64,000 nt of DNA. It comes from Escherichia phage AV112. A program made the position numbers and the translations under genes. A model generated the notes under the pieces. It was not told where the DNA came from, did no database searches, and worked only from the letters and a program-made list of their open reading frames with translations. The stretch is from the sequence record OR352942.1; one strand, 5' to 3'. The first letter of the stretch is position 1. Each line of letters starts with the position of its first letter. Shown piece after piece: positions 45,448 to 54,897 of the stretch.

Positions 45448-45730
45448 TAGCCTGACGAGTAGTAACCCACTGGATTTTAATTAACTTGTCATTATATGGT
45501 TGTCGTAGAATATCCCGAGATTTCTTAATAGCATATTCGTAAGCTTCGAAGTTGTTTTGAATTGCTGCTTCTTGAGCATGAGCATAAAGACGGTTTAGTT
45601 CAAAACGATTCTTTTTAAGAATCTTTTCGGATTTTTTACGTGCTTCAGCTTCATTTTTCTTTTGGATTTCTTGTAGCATTTTAGCTACTGCATCTTCTGC
45701 TTCTTTATTTTCAATAATCTCGGTAGTCAT
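45407..45730 (-). CDS. hypothetical helical protein (107 aa)
   Basis: ORF-track ORF. Confidence 0.4.
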   Translation of the reverse strand: MTTEIIENKEAEDAVAKMLQEIQKKNEAEARKKSEKILKKNRFELNRLYAHAQEAAIQNNFEAYEYAIKKSRDILRQPYNDKLIKIQWVTTRQAIEDIINGASSNKV

Positions 45731-45731
45731 A

Positions 45732-45941
45732 TTATCTCATTAAATTAAAATAAAAACGTCCATCCTCTTCAATACGGAACTCATACTCAACCGGAGTCCC
45801 ATTTATCGAAAATGACACGTCATGTGGGTTCAAAGGGTCGATGTCAAAATTAATTTTAAATTCACGACCCAACAGTTTTACCAAATAAGGGATTGCTTCG
45901 TCAAAAGGTTCTTCTAAGTAGTTAGAGATGTCAATTGTCAT
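45732..45941 (-). CDS. hypothetical protein (about 69 aa; start at MTIDIS)
   Basis: The ORF-track ORF 45732..46025 overlaps gene 55; an internal start removes most of the overlap. Confidence 0.35.
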   Translation of the reverse strand: MTIDISNYLEEPFDEAIPYLVKLLGREFKINFDIDPLNPHDVSFSINGTPVEYEFRIEEDGRFYFNLMR

Positions 45942-46488
45942 CCTCATATAAAAAATCCAAACTAGGCGAATCGCTAACAACTTCCTTCTTTTCAGCCCCA
46001 GGAGCTTTATAAGCGGATTCTTCATAATGCGTCATTTTATCGTAGATGTCTTGAATAAACGTTTCATCTACCAACGCTACCATATCATCGTCATGACTGT
46101 CGTAGACGTTATGAACGAAGTAACTATATTTCTTTGCAACTTCCTTACGTTCTTTTTTGATACGTTGGACAAAAGCATTAAAACAAGCTCGAGTTATGTA
46201 TGCATGTGGGTTATTGTACTTAGTTTCGTCGAAATTATGAAGTCCCTTAATAGAGGCTTCAATCCCATCTGCAATCATCTCCTGCTTCCAAGACTGGGTA
46301 TATCCTGAAAAGTTGAAACGTTTGGACAGGCCTTCGGCGATAAGCATAATTGCTAAACCGATGGTATCATTCTGACGAATAATTTTGTTTGGGTCTTTAT
46401 TATTTAAGAGCTCCTTTTTCCACTCGATTATAGCGGCGAGAAGCTCTTTATTATTCACATAGTTATTTTTAGGTTTTTGTTCAGTCAT
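45931..46488 (-). CDS. 55: late-transcription sigma factor (185 aa)
   Basis: 185 aa, identical length to T4 gp55; helical sigma-like protein; located upstream of gene 47 as in T4. Confidence 0.85.
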   Translation of the reverse strand: MTEQKPKNNYVNNKELLAAIIEWKKELLNNKDPNKIIRQNDTIGLAIMLIAEGLSKRFNFSGYTQSWKQEMIADGIEASIKGLHNFDETKYNNPHAYITRACFNAFVQRIKKERKEVAKKYSYFVHNVYDSHDDDMVALVDETFIQDIYDKMTHYEESAYKAPGAEKKEVVSDSPSLDFLYEDDN

Positions 46489-46552
46489 AAGTACCTCTTA
46501 GCTCAATTCATAGGTCTATTATATCATAATATTTAGAGACCTATCTTAAAGC
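46489..46552 (-). promoter_or_regulatory. promoter/stem-loop cassette upstream of gene 55
   Basis: TATAAT flanked by 8-bp inverted repeat ATAGGTCT/AGACCTAT; TGCTTTA MotA-box-like sequence further upstream. Confidence 0.4.
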
Positions 46553-46643
46553 ACGAGATACTACCAAAGATACGTAACTTTCATAAAGTTGTCGACTTAA
46601 AATTCACCAAACTTTTATTCGGTTATAGTAATTCGAGATAGTT

Positions 46644-46871
46644 TCATTCTATTTCCTTTGCTGCAAATAAGGCAGCATCCAACGAATCAAATTGGTCAAC
46701 GAAATCAATATTCAATGCATCGTCATCCGTAGCATATAACCACCATTGTTTGAATTCGTATTCTAGAATAAATCCAGGACCTTCAATCTGAGGAAGACCT
46801 AGACTATTTGTACTAACTTCATAACCAGCTAGACGCAGGTCATTAATCAAAGTTTCTGTTAATACGTTCAT
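46644..46871 (-). CDS. hypothetical acidic protein (75 aa)
   Basis: ORF-track ORF. Confidence 0.4.
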   Translation of the reverse strand: MNVLTETLINDLRLAGYEVSTNSLGLPQIEGPGFILEYEFKQWWLYATDDDALNIDFVDQFDSLDAALFAAKEIE

Positions 46872-47200
46872 TTTACCGCCTTAACAATTTTCAGGTCAAC
46901 GAATTTTTTCTTACGTTGATTTTTCATACGACGGATAGTCTTTTCAGAGATTTCATGTTTCTGATAAGCTTTAGATTCAACACCAAATGCAGCAACGTCA
47001 AATTCAGAAAGAATATATTGTACTAGAATTTCACGAATAGAATTACGTCCAATTTTCTGGTCGTGTTTTTGCATGATTTCATAAAGACGGAATTCCCACG
47101 CGTCAAGAACTTGAGGAGTAACAATATTGCCGGATTCAAGAAGAGCAACAACTTTATCGAAAGCGAAAGAATTAACTACGTTTTTGATTTTAGTAGACAT
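46868..47200 (-). CDS. hypothetical protein (about 110 aa; start at MSTKIK)
   Basis: ORF-track first ATG (47239) lies in the PeSL cassette; internal ATG has a GAGGAA Shine-Dalgarno. Confidence 0.4.
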   Translation of the reverse strand: MSTKIKNVVNSFAFDKVVALLESGNIVTPQVLDAWEFRLYEIMQKHDQKIGRNSIREILVQYILSEFDVAAFGVESKAYQKHEISEKTIRRMKNQRKKKFVDLKIVKAVK

Positions 47201-47266
47201 ATTATTTTCCTCGGTTATTTTATTATCCAATGAGAGCATTATACTCTGCTCTCAAGAGTTTGTAAA
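47201..47266 (-). promoter_or_regulatory. PeSL-like early promoter/stem-loop cassette; near-identical copy of 1929-1964
   Basis: TGAGAGCATTATACTCTGCTCTCAAGAGTTTGTA shared between the two loci. Confidence 0.5.
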
Positions 47267-47269
47267 TCG

Positions 47270-47482
47270 TTATCCGAACTTTTTAGCGCCTTTCCAGCCT
47301 TCGTACATAACTGCACAAGTCAGTAATACAGCGTGCTGGCATTCTTTGTATTTGTAAATCCAGAACCAGCGTAAAAAGTCTTCATCCTCAACACCGTTGA
47401 GTTTCATGTTGGCAAAGAATTCGGCACGTTCTTCACGAAGTTGCCATGACACAATATTTTCAGGATTCATTTTGTGTTCCAA
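47270..47482 (-). CDS. hypothetical protein (70 aa)
   Basis: ORF-track ORF. Confidence 0.35.
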   Translation of the reverse strand: MEHKMNPENIVSWQLREERAEFFANMKLNGVEDEDFLRWFWIYKYKECQHAVLLTCAVMYEGWKGAKKFG

Positions 47483-47601
47483 GCCCCGTTTTCGTCGATG
47501 AACTTAATCCAGTCATTTACAGACCATTTAGTTGTATCACCCTTTAGATTAACATTTAAAGTATATAATCCCTGCTTAAAAAGCATTCGTTTGATATTCA
47601 T
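47467..47601 (-). CDS. hypothetical small protein (about 44 aa)
   Basis: Internal ATG with GAGGAA Shine-Dalgarno just after the stop of the upstream ORF. Confidence 0.3.
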   Translation of the reverse strand: MNIKRMLFKQGLYTLNVNLKGDTTKWSVNDWIKFIDENGAWNTK

Positions 47602-47608
47602 AATTTCC

Positions 47609-47902
47609 TCAACTGTAACGATAACATTCGTTAGCTTTACGTTTGGCTTCAGTATGAGAAGTATTATAATCATAATCTTCTTTACTGTAAACATCTTTTT
47701 TCAACTTACGAACTTCTTTGCGGAGTTGTCGATTCATTTCGTTCTTGACTTCAGAATCAACGCCTTTCATACGTTTCCATTTATCCGAGCGGAAAATGTT
47801 TTCAACCATGTCTTTGTGGCTAACACCGTCAGGAGCTTTACGTTTACCAAAATAGTCGTAATCACGAACTTTCAAATCTTTACGACGATACGTTTTACCC
47901 AT
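47609..47902 (-). CDS. hypothetical basic protein (about 97 aa; start at MGKTYRR)
   Basis: GAGGT Shine-Dalgarno before the ATG at 47902; Lys/Arg-rich. Confidence 0.4.
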   Translation of the reverse strand: MGKTYRRKDLKVRDYDYFGKRKAPDGVSHKDMVENIFRSDKWKRMKGVDSEVKNEMNRQLRKEVRKLKKDVYSKEDYDYNTSHTEAKRKANECYRYS

Positions 47903-47909
47903 AAGTACC

Positions 47910-48158
47910 TCAGAGGTTGATTGATACAATGCGTTTGATAAAATTCACTTCACTTACTGAAAGGTCTTTAAGACCGATTGATTCTAAACGCTGAGTAAGC
48001 GTCAACATCGGGATATAGTCCCAATGTGTTTTAGACGTTTGATAAGTACGGGCGCCATTAGCAATTTCAACGTTCAAATCAGAAATGGTAATGAATACCA
48101 GACGTTCGTTGTTTACATTAAGAGTTAGAACAACTTTCTTCGAATTCAGACTAATCAT
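47910..48158 (-). CDS. hypothetical protein (about 82 aa; start at MISLNSKK)
   Basis: GAGGAA Shine-Dalgarno before the ATG at 48158; GTTTAC-N17-TAAGAT promoter upstream (48159-48216). Confidence 0.4.
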   Translation of the reverse strand: MISLNSKKVVLTLNVNNERLVFITISDLNVEIANGARTYQTSKTHWDYIPMLTLTQRLESIGLKDLSVSEVNFIKRIVSINL

Positions 48159-48306
48159 TTTGTTTTCCTCTATAGTAGATGGTTTAATCTTAACACATCT
48201 ATTGAGGATGTAAACTGTTTTATGAAAATATTTTCGATTTGAGAGGGGCACAAGGAGATAGTGAAGTGAAGATTCCAATGGATTATATTAGAAATGAGAT
48301 AAAGAA

Positions 48307-48325
48307 GACCAGGCGGCACCTGGTC
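48307..48325 (-). terminator. terminator-like hairpin at the 3' end of the nrdH-like gene
   Basis: Minus strand GACCAGG-tgccg-CCTGGTC followed by a T-rich run. Confidence 0.4.
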
Positions 48326-48647
48326 AATCTTCTATGATATCAGAGTCATATCCTAATGAAATCAAGGACTTTTTAAACTCTGCAATATTCTTTTGTTTCT
48401 TATCATTTAAAAATATGACAGGATAACGAATATTAAGTGAAGTGAATCCTGCACGTTTAGCAAGAGATACGATTAAAGGACGGTCATATTCAATCTTACC
48501 ATTATTAGTGAGGACTTTATAAAATGTATAAGGAGCATTGAGCTCCTTTAAAAGTTTTGTAACAGTATAACATCCTGGACAACGTCCTACTTCTTCAGGG
48601 ATGCCATAGATTTCAATCTTGTTCTTTAAGTTCGAGTTTTGTTCCAC
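48324..48647 (-). CDS. nrdH: glutaredoxin-like redoxin (NrdH position), about 107 aa with putative GTG start
   Basis: C-terminal part of ORF 48324..48776 has KIEIYGIPEEVGRCPGCY (CxxC redox motif); the N-terminal 40 codons overlap another ORF, so a downstream GTG start is proposed. Confidence 0.45.
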   Translation of the reverse strand: MEQNSNLKNKIEIYGIPEEVGRCPGCYTVTKLLKELNAPYTFYKVLTNNGKIEYDRPLIVSLAKRAGFTSLNIRYPVIFLNDKKQKNIAEFKKSLISLGYDSDIIED

Positions 48648-48930
48648 GAGAAATAATTCCTTGGTAAGCCCAATAAGGAGGATTAACAGAATCCTCGCCA
48701 GAGTTTTCTTCAGGAAAATAAACCTGGATAACAAATCCAGATTCATCAAAGGTAAAATAAACTGTAGGTAATTCACCTAACAATTCAGCACGATTATTAA
48801 TTTCTTCGAGTTCTCGTTCGCATCCAGCCCAAAAACTAGGATTTAGACTACATTCATAGAAATAATAGTCATTACCGAACATATCAAAACCATTCCAACT
48901 CTCAACCACATACCGCTCAAAACTAATCAT
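48613..48930 (-). CDS. hypothetical acidic protein (105 aa)
   Basis: ORF-track ORF. Confidence 0.4.
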   Translation of the reverse strand: MISFERYVVESWNGFDMFGNDYYFYECSLNPSFWAGCERELEEINNRAELLGELPTVYFTFDESGFVIQVYFPEENSGEDSVNPPYWAYQGIISRGTKLELKEQD

Positions 48931-48932
48931 AA

Positions 48933-49172
48933 TTAAGCCTTTTTATCAAGAACAGAATTCAGTTTATTAGTAATTTTGTCCAAACGTTCATTGAATTCGC
49001 TGGAAGATAAACCCTTTTCAGGAGAAATTAAACTAATCACGAAAAATACAACAGTAAAAGGAATAAGAAAAATAGCTCCAACTGCCATAAACAAAAAGAA
49101 CGTTACAGTTGTAAGAAAATCAGCTAAACCTTTACGAAATTTATACATATTTACCCTTAATTGATTAACCAA
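48933..49172 (-). CDS. small membrane protein (79 aa)
   Basis: Hydrophobic core FLTTVTFFLFMAVGAIFLIPFTVVFFVISLI. Confidence 0.4.
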   Translation of the reverse strand: MVNQLRVNMYKFRKGLADFLTTVTFFLFMAVGAIFLIPFTVVFFVISLISPEKGLSSSEFNERLDKITNKLNSVLDKKA

Positions 49173-49262
49173 ACATTGATAAACACTAAACTATATTGCG
49201 AATAAAATTCTGGACCAAAACGAAAAATCATATCATTTATAGTATCCATAGTGTAATTCAAT

Positions 49263-49733
49263 TTAATCATGTTTCCACACCCCGTCGGTATTTGTCCAAA
49301 GTCGCTGATTATCTGATCCTCGCCACAGTTTTTTGGTCGGAAGATTTTTCTCATACTTCCCATCAATAATAACATCAACATATTTAAGCATTTCTAGTTG
49401 TTTAATATCTTCAAACTTATATCCTGTCCACAACCAAATGCTTTTATTGGGATAAAGTTTTTTTACTGTTTGAACAATGCAATGAACAACATCTTGGTTA
49501 TCAGGATAGAGAGGGTCTCCTCCAGTTATAGTTAATCCTTCTATATAATCATTATTCAAACATTCAATTAATTGTTCCAGCGTTTCACCGGTGAATGGGA
49601 TACCATTTCTAGCGTTCCATGTTGATTTATTATAACACCCCTCGCATTTATGCAAACAACCTGTAACGAAAAGAACGACCCTGCAACCGGGGCCATTCAC
49701 AAAATCGCAAGGATAAAATCTATCATAATTCAT
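49263..49733 (-). CDS. nrdG: anaerobic ribonucleotide reductase activating protein (radical SAM), 156 aa
   Basis: Cys cluster CLHKCEGC; 156 aa; directly downstream of nrdD. Confidence 0.85.
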   Translation of the reverse strand: MNYDRFYPCDFVNGPGCRVVLFVTGCLHKCEGCYNKSTWNARNGIPFTGETLEQLIECLNNDYIEGLTITGGDPLYPDNQDVVHCIVQTVKKLYPNKSIWLWTGYKFEDIKQLEMLKYVDVIIDGKYEKNLPTKKLWRGSDNQRLWTNTDGVWKHD

Positions 49734-51547
49734 TGGTGTTTAACCCTATGCATGATTTCTTTATTTTTGCCGAGATTAAATCCGCGTTCGTTCGGATTTC
49801 CAAGATAACCGCATGTTCTTCTTATTGTGTTCATCTTTTTAGGATCAGTTTCTCCGCAAACTGAACAAACAAATCCGGTTTCAGTAGGAGTCATTTCATG
49901 AGTACTTCCACATGTAAAACATTTATCTACTGGCATATTAACACCAAAATAATCTAAATGTTGTGCAGCATAATCCCATACAGCCTCAAGACCTTTTAGG
50001 TTATTTTTCATATCAGGAAGTTCAACATAAGAAATGTGACCACCAGTCGCAATGAAATGATATGGCGCTTCACGAGAAATCTTTTCAAACGGAGTAATAT
50101 TTTCTTCTACTGAAACATGGAAACTATTAGTGTACCAGCCTTTATCAGTAACATCTTTTACACTTCCATATTTTTCTGTATCAAGTTTACAGAAGCGATA
50201 ACAAAGGTTTTCAGCAGGAGTAGAATACAAGCTAAAAGCAAAACCGGTTCTTTCAGTCCACTGCTTAAGACGAGCATTCATTTTAGTTAAAATTTCTTGC
50301 CCAATATCACGTCCGGCAAGAATATTCAATTCGTGAATACCAATGTATCCTAAAGACACTGAACTTCTACCGTTTTTAAATAACTCAATTATATCGTCAT
50401 CAGGTTTAAGACGAACCCCGAATGCACCTTCTTGGTAAAGAATAGGAGCAACAGTAGCTTTAACTCCTTTTAAGGAACTAATTCTACACATCAAAGCTTC
50501 AAAACACAAATCCATTCGCTCATTGAACAATTCGATAAATTTCTGTTCATTGAACTGTGTTCCAATATAAGAATCTAACGCAATGCGAGGAAGATTCAGT
50601 GTTACAACACCGAGATTATTACGTCCATCAAGAATTTCATTACCAGTCGAATCTTTCCATACGCTCAAGAAACTACGGCAACCCATTGGAGAAACAGGAA
50701 TAGACGAACCAGTGATAGCTTTATTGTTCTTAACTGAAATAATATCAGGATACATTCTTTTGCTTGCGCATTCTAAAGCAAGCTGTTTAATATCATAGTT
50801 CGGGTCGTCTTTATAAAGATTAACACCCTCTTCAACGAACATAACAAGTTTAGGGAAAATAGGAGTTATTCCATCACGACCAAGGCCTTTAATACGATTT
50901 TTCAGAATTGCTTTCTGAATCATTCGTTCAGTCCAGTCAGTTCCAGTACCAAATGTAATTGTTACAAAAGGCGTTTGTCCGTTTGAACTAAAGAGAGTAT
51001 TTACTTCGTATTCATACGCTTGGAATGCATCATATACGTCTTTTTCTGTTTTAGATTGAGCATAATTCAACGCATCAGCGATTTGCCATTTTTCTGCATC
51101 TTCAATATGTTTTGCATAGGTGCGTTTAACATAAGGAGAAAGAACTTTATCGACATTCGCAAATGTAGTTCCACCATACTGATGCGAAGCAACCTGTGCG
51201 GTAATTTGTGCCATAATTGCAGTAGCAACACCAATCGATTTAGGCGTTTCAATTTGAGCATTGCCTAATTTAAATCCATTCTCAAGCATTCCTTTTAAAT
51301 CTACTAAACAGCAATTAGTAAAAGGCAATGATATACTGTAATCTAAATCATGAAAATGAATTAATCCAACATTATGTGCATTTACAATATGACTTGGAAG
51401 AATACGACAAGCGATATGTTTAGAAACAATACCGGCCATTAAATCTCTTTTTGTTGGAAAGACACGAGAATCTTTGTTGGCGTTTTCGGTATTTAATTCT
51501 TTATCTTTATTTGAAATAAAATTTAAAACATCTTTCTCTAAAGACAT
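49730..51547 (-). CDS. nrdD: anaerobic ribonucleoside-triphosphate reductase (class III), 605 aa
   Basis: C-terminal Cys-rich zinc ribbon CFTCGS...CSVCG and glycyl-radical-type tail RTCGYLG; 605 aa as in T4. Confidence 0.9.
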   Translation of the reverse strand: MSLEKDVLNFISNKDKELNTENANKDSRVFPTKRDLMAGIVSKHIACRILPSHIVNAHNVGLIHFHDLDYSISLPFTNCCLVDLKGMLENGFKLGNAQIETPKSIGVATAIMAQITAQVASHQYGGTTFANVDKVLSPYVKRTYAKHIEDAEKWQIADALNYAQSKTEKDVYDAFQAYEYEVNTLFSSNGQTPFVTITFGTGTDWTERMIQKAILKNRIKGLGRDGITPIFPKLVMFVEEGVNLYKDDPNYDIKQLALECASKRMYPDIISVKNNKAITGSSIPVSPMGCRSFLSVWKDSTGNEILDGRNNLGVVTLNLPRIALDSYIGTQFNEQKFIELFNERMDLCFEALMCRISSLKGVKATVAPILYQEGAFGVRLKPDDDIIELFKNGRSSVSLGYIGIHELNILAGRDIGQEILTKMNARLKQWTERTGFAFSLYSTPAENLCYRFCKLDTEKYGSVKDVTDKGWYTNSFHVSVEENITPFEKISREAPYHFIATGGHISYVELPDMKNNLKGLEAVWDYAAQHLDYFGVNMPVDKCFTCGSTHEMTPTETGFVCSVCGETDPKKMNTIRRTCGYLGNPNERGFNLGKNKEIMHRVKHQ

Positions 51548-52359
51548 AATTCTAATTTATCCTTTTGAAATTCTTCGTCTAAATATGGGTTCCAACCCAT
51601 TTTAAACCTTTTGATGAAATTATCAATTCTAAATTTCGGTAAGTTTAAATCCGCAAAAATAGATGATTTACTTTTAAAATCTGGACCTAAATAATCATAT
51701 AAAATTTCTGCGTATTTTAACCATAATATACAAGTACCAGATTTAATTGCGTTCGGAGTTTTCCAAGGTTTTACACCATACATCGGATTTCCACTTCCTT
51801 TATGCCTGATAGAAGATGAAATTCCAATTTTAATTTTAGCTTCCTTTGTATGCGAAAATCCACGATGCGGATTTTCTTTCCAGTATTTTTTAGAAGCTTC
51901 TGATATTTTCTTTCTGGCTAAATTAGTATGATGCTTTCCATAAAATCCATGATTTTTGCCTTTATTACGATTTCTTTTAATCATGGTTATTGATTGCTTT
52001 TCTCTAGTTTCTTTAGAAGGAGAAATACCATATGTCGTAAATTTGCCATCAGCATATGCTAAATTAAAATACTCTTTATTCCATACATCTTTTTCTATAT
52101 TCTTTTGAAATTCAGCTTCAATGCTAGTTATTTGTTCATCTCCGACTAATTGAAAATATAATATTTCAACTTTCGGCGTTTCTTTCAATAAGGCTTTTTG
52201 AAATTCGGAAGATGACGAAGACGAATAATAAAATTTACCATTTTTATCAATAATATTCGTTCCATCAAAAGTGCAATTGGTTTTACTTCCAATGTAATAA
52301 TATGGTGGGGTTTTAGCATTAATTCTATTAATAAATGATAGTTTATATACTACATTCAT
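51538..52359 (-). CDS. freestanding GIY-YIG homing endonuclease (Seg-like), 273 aa
   Basis: N-terminal VVYKLSF...YYYIGSKTN (GIY-YIG); repeated KNHGFYGKHHT and NPMYGVKPW motifs typical of Seg/I-TevI-type linkers. Confidence 0.65.
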   Translation of the reverse strand: MNVVYKLSFINRINAKTPPYYYIGSKTNCTFDGTNIIDKNGKFYYSSSSSSEFQKALLKETPKVEILYFQLVGDEQITSIEAEFQKNIEKDVWNKEYFNLAYADGKFTTYGISPSKETREKQSITMIKRNRNKGKNHGFYGKHHTNLARKKISEASKKYWKENPHRGFSHTKEAKIKIGISSSIRHKGSGNPMYGVKPWKTPNAIKSGTCILWLKYAEILYDYLGPDFKSKSSIFADLNLPKFRIDNFIKRFKMGWNPYLDEEFQKDKLELCL

Positions 52360-52829
52360 TTTAAACTCTTTCTAAGCTGCTTTTTGAATGAAGCTATTAA
52401 TTGTGTTTTGGTATCAGATTCATTATATTCAAATCCTCTTTGAAGCATCTCGGCCATCATTTCCTCTTTACCTAGTCTTGAGAACTCTTTAGTTTTGTCT
52501 GGAACAAAATTAGGATGGATATTATTATCAGAATAATCTTGTTTCAAATAAGCGAGAAGAGCTTCAAGCCATTCGAGGTAGTCGACATCACGTCCTTTAA
52601 GACCGGAACGGTTGAACTTATGCTTCATTTGACCTTCTGCTGCGTTGCACAGATTACAGAGTAATCCACGAACTCTACCGGCTTTTGGCCCGTTTAATTC
52701 ATGGTCGTGGTCAAGATGGTTACCTTGAACATCAGGGTCTAATTCACGGTGGCAAATAGGACACTTACCGTTCTGTGCATCATAAAATTTTTGTTTTTCT
52801 TCTTTATATTTTGCGCCTGATAATAACAT
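52356..52829 (-). CDS. 49: endonuclease VII (Holliday junction resolvase), 157 aa
   Basis: Zinc motif CPICHRE...HLDHDH...CNLCN; 157 aa as T4 gp49. Confidence 0.85.
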   Translation of the reverse strand: MLLSGAKYKEEKQKFYDAQNGKCPICHRELDPDVQGNHLDHDHELNGPKAGRVRGLLCNLCNAAEGQMKHKFNRSGLKGRDVDYLEWLEALLAYLKQDYSDNNIHPNFVPDKTKEFSRLGKEEMMAEMLQRGFEYNESDTKTQLIASFKKQLRKSLK

Positions 52830-52864
52830 GATAAACCCTTACCTTAAATAGATAAGGGTATTTA

Positions 52865-53290
52865 TTAACTTAAACGTCTTTCTAAATATTCAATGTATTC
52901 TGCGGCTGCTTGCATCAGGTTACCTTCATAGCCGTCGTTATTTTCTTGTCCAGCTAATTTAGCTAATGCATAAGAAATTCGTTCACCTTCGAATTCACCA
53001 AGTTTACTACCTAGCACATCCGCAATATCAGCCGAATCAATTTCTTCGAGTTCATCTATTGAATGGGATTCCCAGAAGCACCAAAGAGAAGTATCACGGT
53101 CATAGATGCAAAGTTTCTCACCTGTGTTCAACATCACTTCGATAATGCCATGGCCGCCATAACCATCTTCGGTAGTAGTACCAATTACCTTGATGATTGT
53201 TCCTTTCTTTAATTCAGGAAACTTGTCTTGTAGTTCTTCATCTTCTTTAACAATCTTGAACCATTTACCGCGAGTTTCAGAAATATTCAT
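52865..53290 (-). CDS. hypothetical acidic protein (141 aa)
   Basis: ORF-track ORF. Confidence 0.4.
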   Translation of the reverse strand: MNISETRGKWFKIVKEDEELQDKFPELKKGTIIKVIGTTTEDGYGGHGIIEVMLNTGEKLCIYDRDTSLWCFWESHSIDELEEIDSADIADVLGSKLGEFEGERISYALAKLAGQENNDGYEGNLMQAAAEYIEYLERRLS

Positions 53291-53291
53291 A

Positions 53292-53489
53292 TCAATATCC
53301 TCTATAAAAGTTGCGATGCGTGCGTTTCGCTTTGCGAAGCTGACGTTTAGTTGGTCGAACCGTAAATGGTCGTCCGGAGAAAAAATTTGGTTCAGTTTTA
53401 ATCAACACATACCAATCGTGTTCGCCACTTTTTAATAAACGGTACAATAATTTAACTTGCATAATAATCTCTTCCCATTTCCAAATCAA
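53292..53489 (-). CDS. hypothetical basic protein (65 aa)
   Basis: ORF-track ORF. Confidence 0.35.
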   Translation of the reverse strand: MIWKWEEIIMQVKLLYRLLKSGEHDWYVLIKTEPNFFSGRPFTVRPTKRQLRKAKRTHRNFYRGY

Positions 53490-53590
53490 TCATATCGTTT
53501 ACTGTAGGTTCATCATAACACGTTTCTTTGTCGTTGTAAACTGTTTCGACGTCTGGCTCGACAGTTTCCCATCGAGCCGAATACCATGGT

Positions 53591-53926
53591 TTAACCCCGG
53601 AGTTTATTGAGCTCTTCATAATCAATCCAGGATTCTAGCCCTGACGGCAGGTCACATTCAATGTTCCACAGAAGCTCTTCGATGGCTTGTAGGCGATTAT
53701 ATTCTTCAACAGTAATAGTAACCATTGTTTCAGGCTTTTTAACCATCATGTCATTCATCAGAATGTACAGGTCTTCACAAACAGCCGGGTCGTCCCATGT
53801 CCATATTTCAGCATCTCGAACTAATGAAGTCGGAATCGAATTTAAAACTTCAAGCTTAGTAGGAGCGTCAGGGCCGAGAAGAGTTGCTACAAATTTATAC
53901 GCTCTGGCGAAATCAATATCATTCAT
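53591..53926 (-). CDS. hypothetical protein (111 aa)
   Basis: ORF-track ORF. Confidence 0.4.
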   Translation of the reverse strand: MNDIDFARAYKFVATLLGPDAPTKLEVLNSIPTSLVRDAEIWTWDDPAVCEDLYILMNDMMVKKPETMVTITVEEYNRLQAIEELLWNIECDLPSGLESWIDYEELNKLRG

Positions 53927-54186
53927 TTAAAATATTCTCGCAGTTGGTCGAATCCACCAATGTGACTTCCGTCAGGAGCAAACACTTGAGGCATAGTCAA
54001 TCCGACTTGTGATTCACGTCCAAGCTTAACCAGAAGCTCAGCAATTTTCTCATCATCAAAAACACCTTTTTCTGGCATAACATTAATGAATTCGAATGGC
54101 TGTTTCTTAACAGTCAGTAATCGTTTCGCATTATCGCAATAAATGCATTTATGAATAGTAGAGTCATACCCGTACACTTTAAACAT
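53923..54186 (-). CDS. nrdC: thioredoxin/glutaredoxin-like protein NrdC (about 87 aa; start at MFKVYG)
   Basis: MFKVYGYDSTIHKCIYCDNAKRLL ... MPQVFAPDGSHIGGFDQLREYFK, near-identical to T4 NrdC as recalled; CxxC motif. Confidence 0.85.
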   Translation of the reverse strand: MFKVYGYDSTIHKCIYCDNAKRLLTVKKQPFEFINVMPEKGVFDDEKIAELLVKLGRESQVGLTMPQVFAPDGSHIGGFDQLREYFK

Positions 54187-54592
54187 TATTTTTCCTTTCA
54201 TCGATTAAATATGCAACGCCAAATACAATACATGTAATAAAACCTGTGATACAGATAGAAACCAACAACACTGTACCAAAGAACCAAATCAAGTTATCTT
54301 TAGTAGTTTGTTTGATATCCATCTCACGAATTTCTATAGCTATTGTATCACCTTTATTCAGAAGCGTATAAAACGACGGTGATACATGCCTGTCAAAAAC
54401 TCGACCTTGTTCATCTTTATAAACTGCAATAAATTCCAGTTTAGAATATTTTCCTGTAGATTGACCTGAAATTAATTCCACTACCTCCACAGGAATTACT
54501 TTAGTTTCCATGTAAGTATTCTGGCTGTTCCAAATGAATGGAATGATGGCAAAAACTAAAGCTACAATAAAACAACGAAGGCTATATCTCAT
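54179..54592 (-). CDS. membrane protein (137 aa)
   Basis: N- and C-terminal hydrophobic helices. Confidence 0.4.
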   Translation of the reverse strand: MRYSLRCFIVALVFAIIPFIWNSQNTYMETKVIPVEVVELISGQSTGKYSKLEFIAVYKDEQGRVFDRHVSPSFYTLLNKGDTIAIEIREMDIKQTTKDNLIWFFGTVLLVSICITGFITCIVFGVAYLIDERKNNV

Positions 54593-54897
54593 TATAATGT
54601 TCTCTCAAATTTGTGGAAGCATTTACGGCATTTCAATTTCAAGTTATCAGTGGTCCAGTTAACCAGTTGGACTTGGATAGTTCCACATTCCGGGCATGGA
54701 TGTTTTGCTGCCGATTTGGCAGCATTTTCACGTCGTTCAACCATTTTCATTATTTCGTTCCATGCCGGAGGAACGAACTCTTCTTCACCGTGGATTTTAT
54801 CTCGCTGAACAAATTCAATCTTTGAACTATCGTCAATAAACTTAACCAAGCTGTGATTAGTGCTCATGTCAATATCCTCTAAAAGACGTAGTTTCAT
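54592..54897 (-). CDS. zinc-ribbon protein (101 aa)
   Basis: CPECG ... CRKC pairs near the C-terminus. Confidence 0.4.
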   Translation of the reverse strand: MKLRLLEDIDMSTNHSLVKFIDDSSKIEFVQRDKIHGEEEFVPPAWNEIMKMVERRENAAKSAAKHPCPECGTIQVQLVNWTTDNLKLKCRKCFHKFERTL

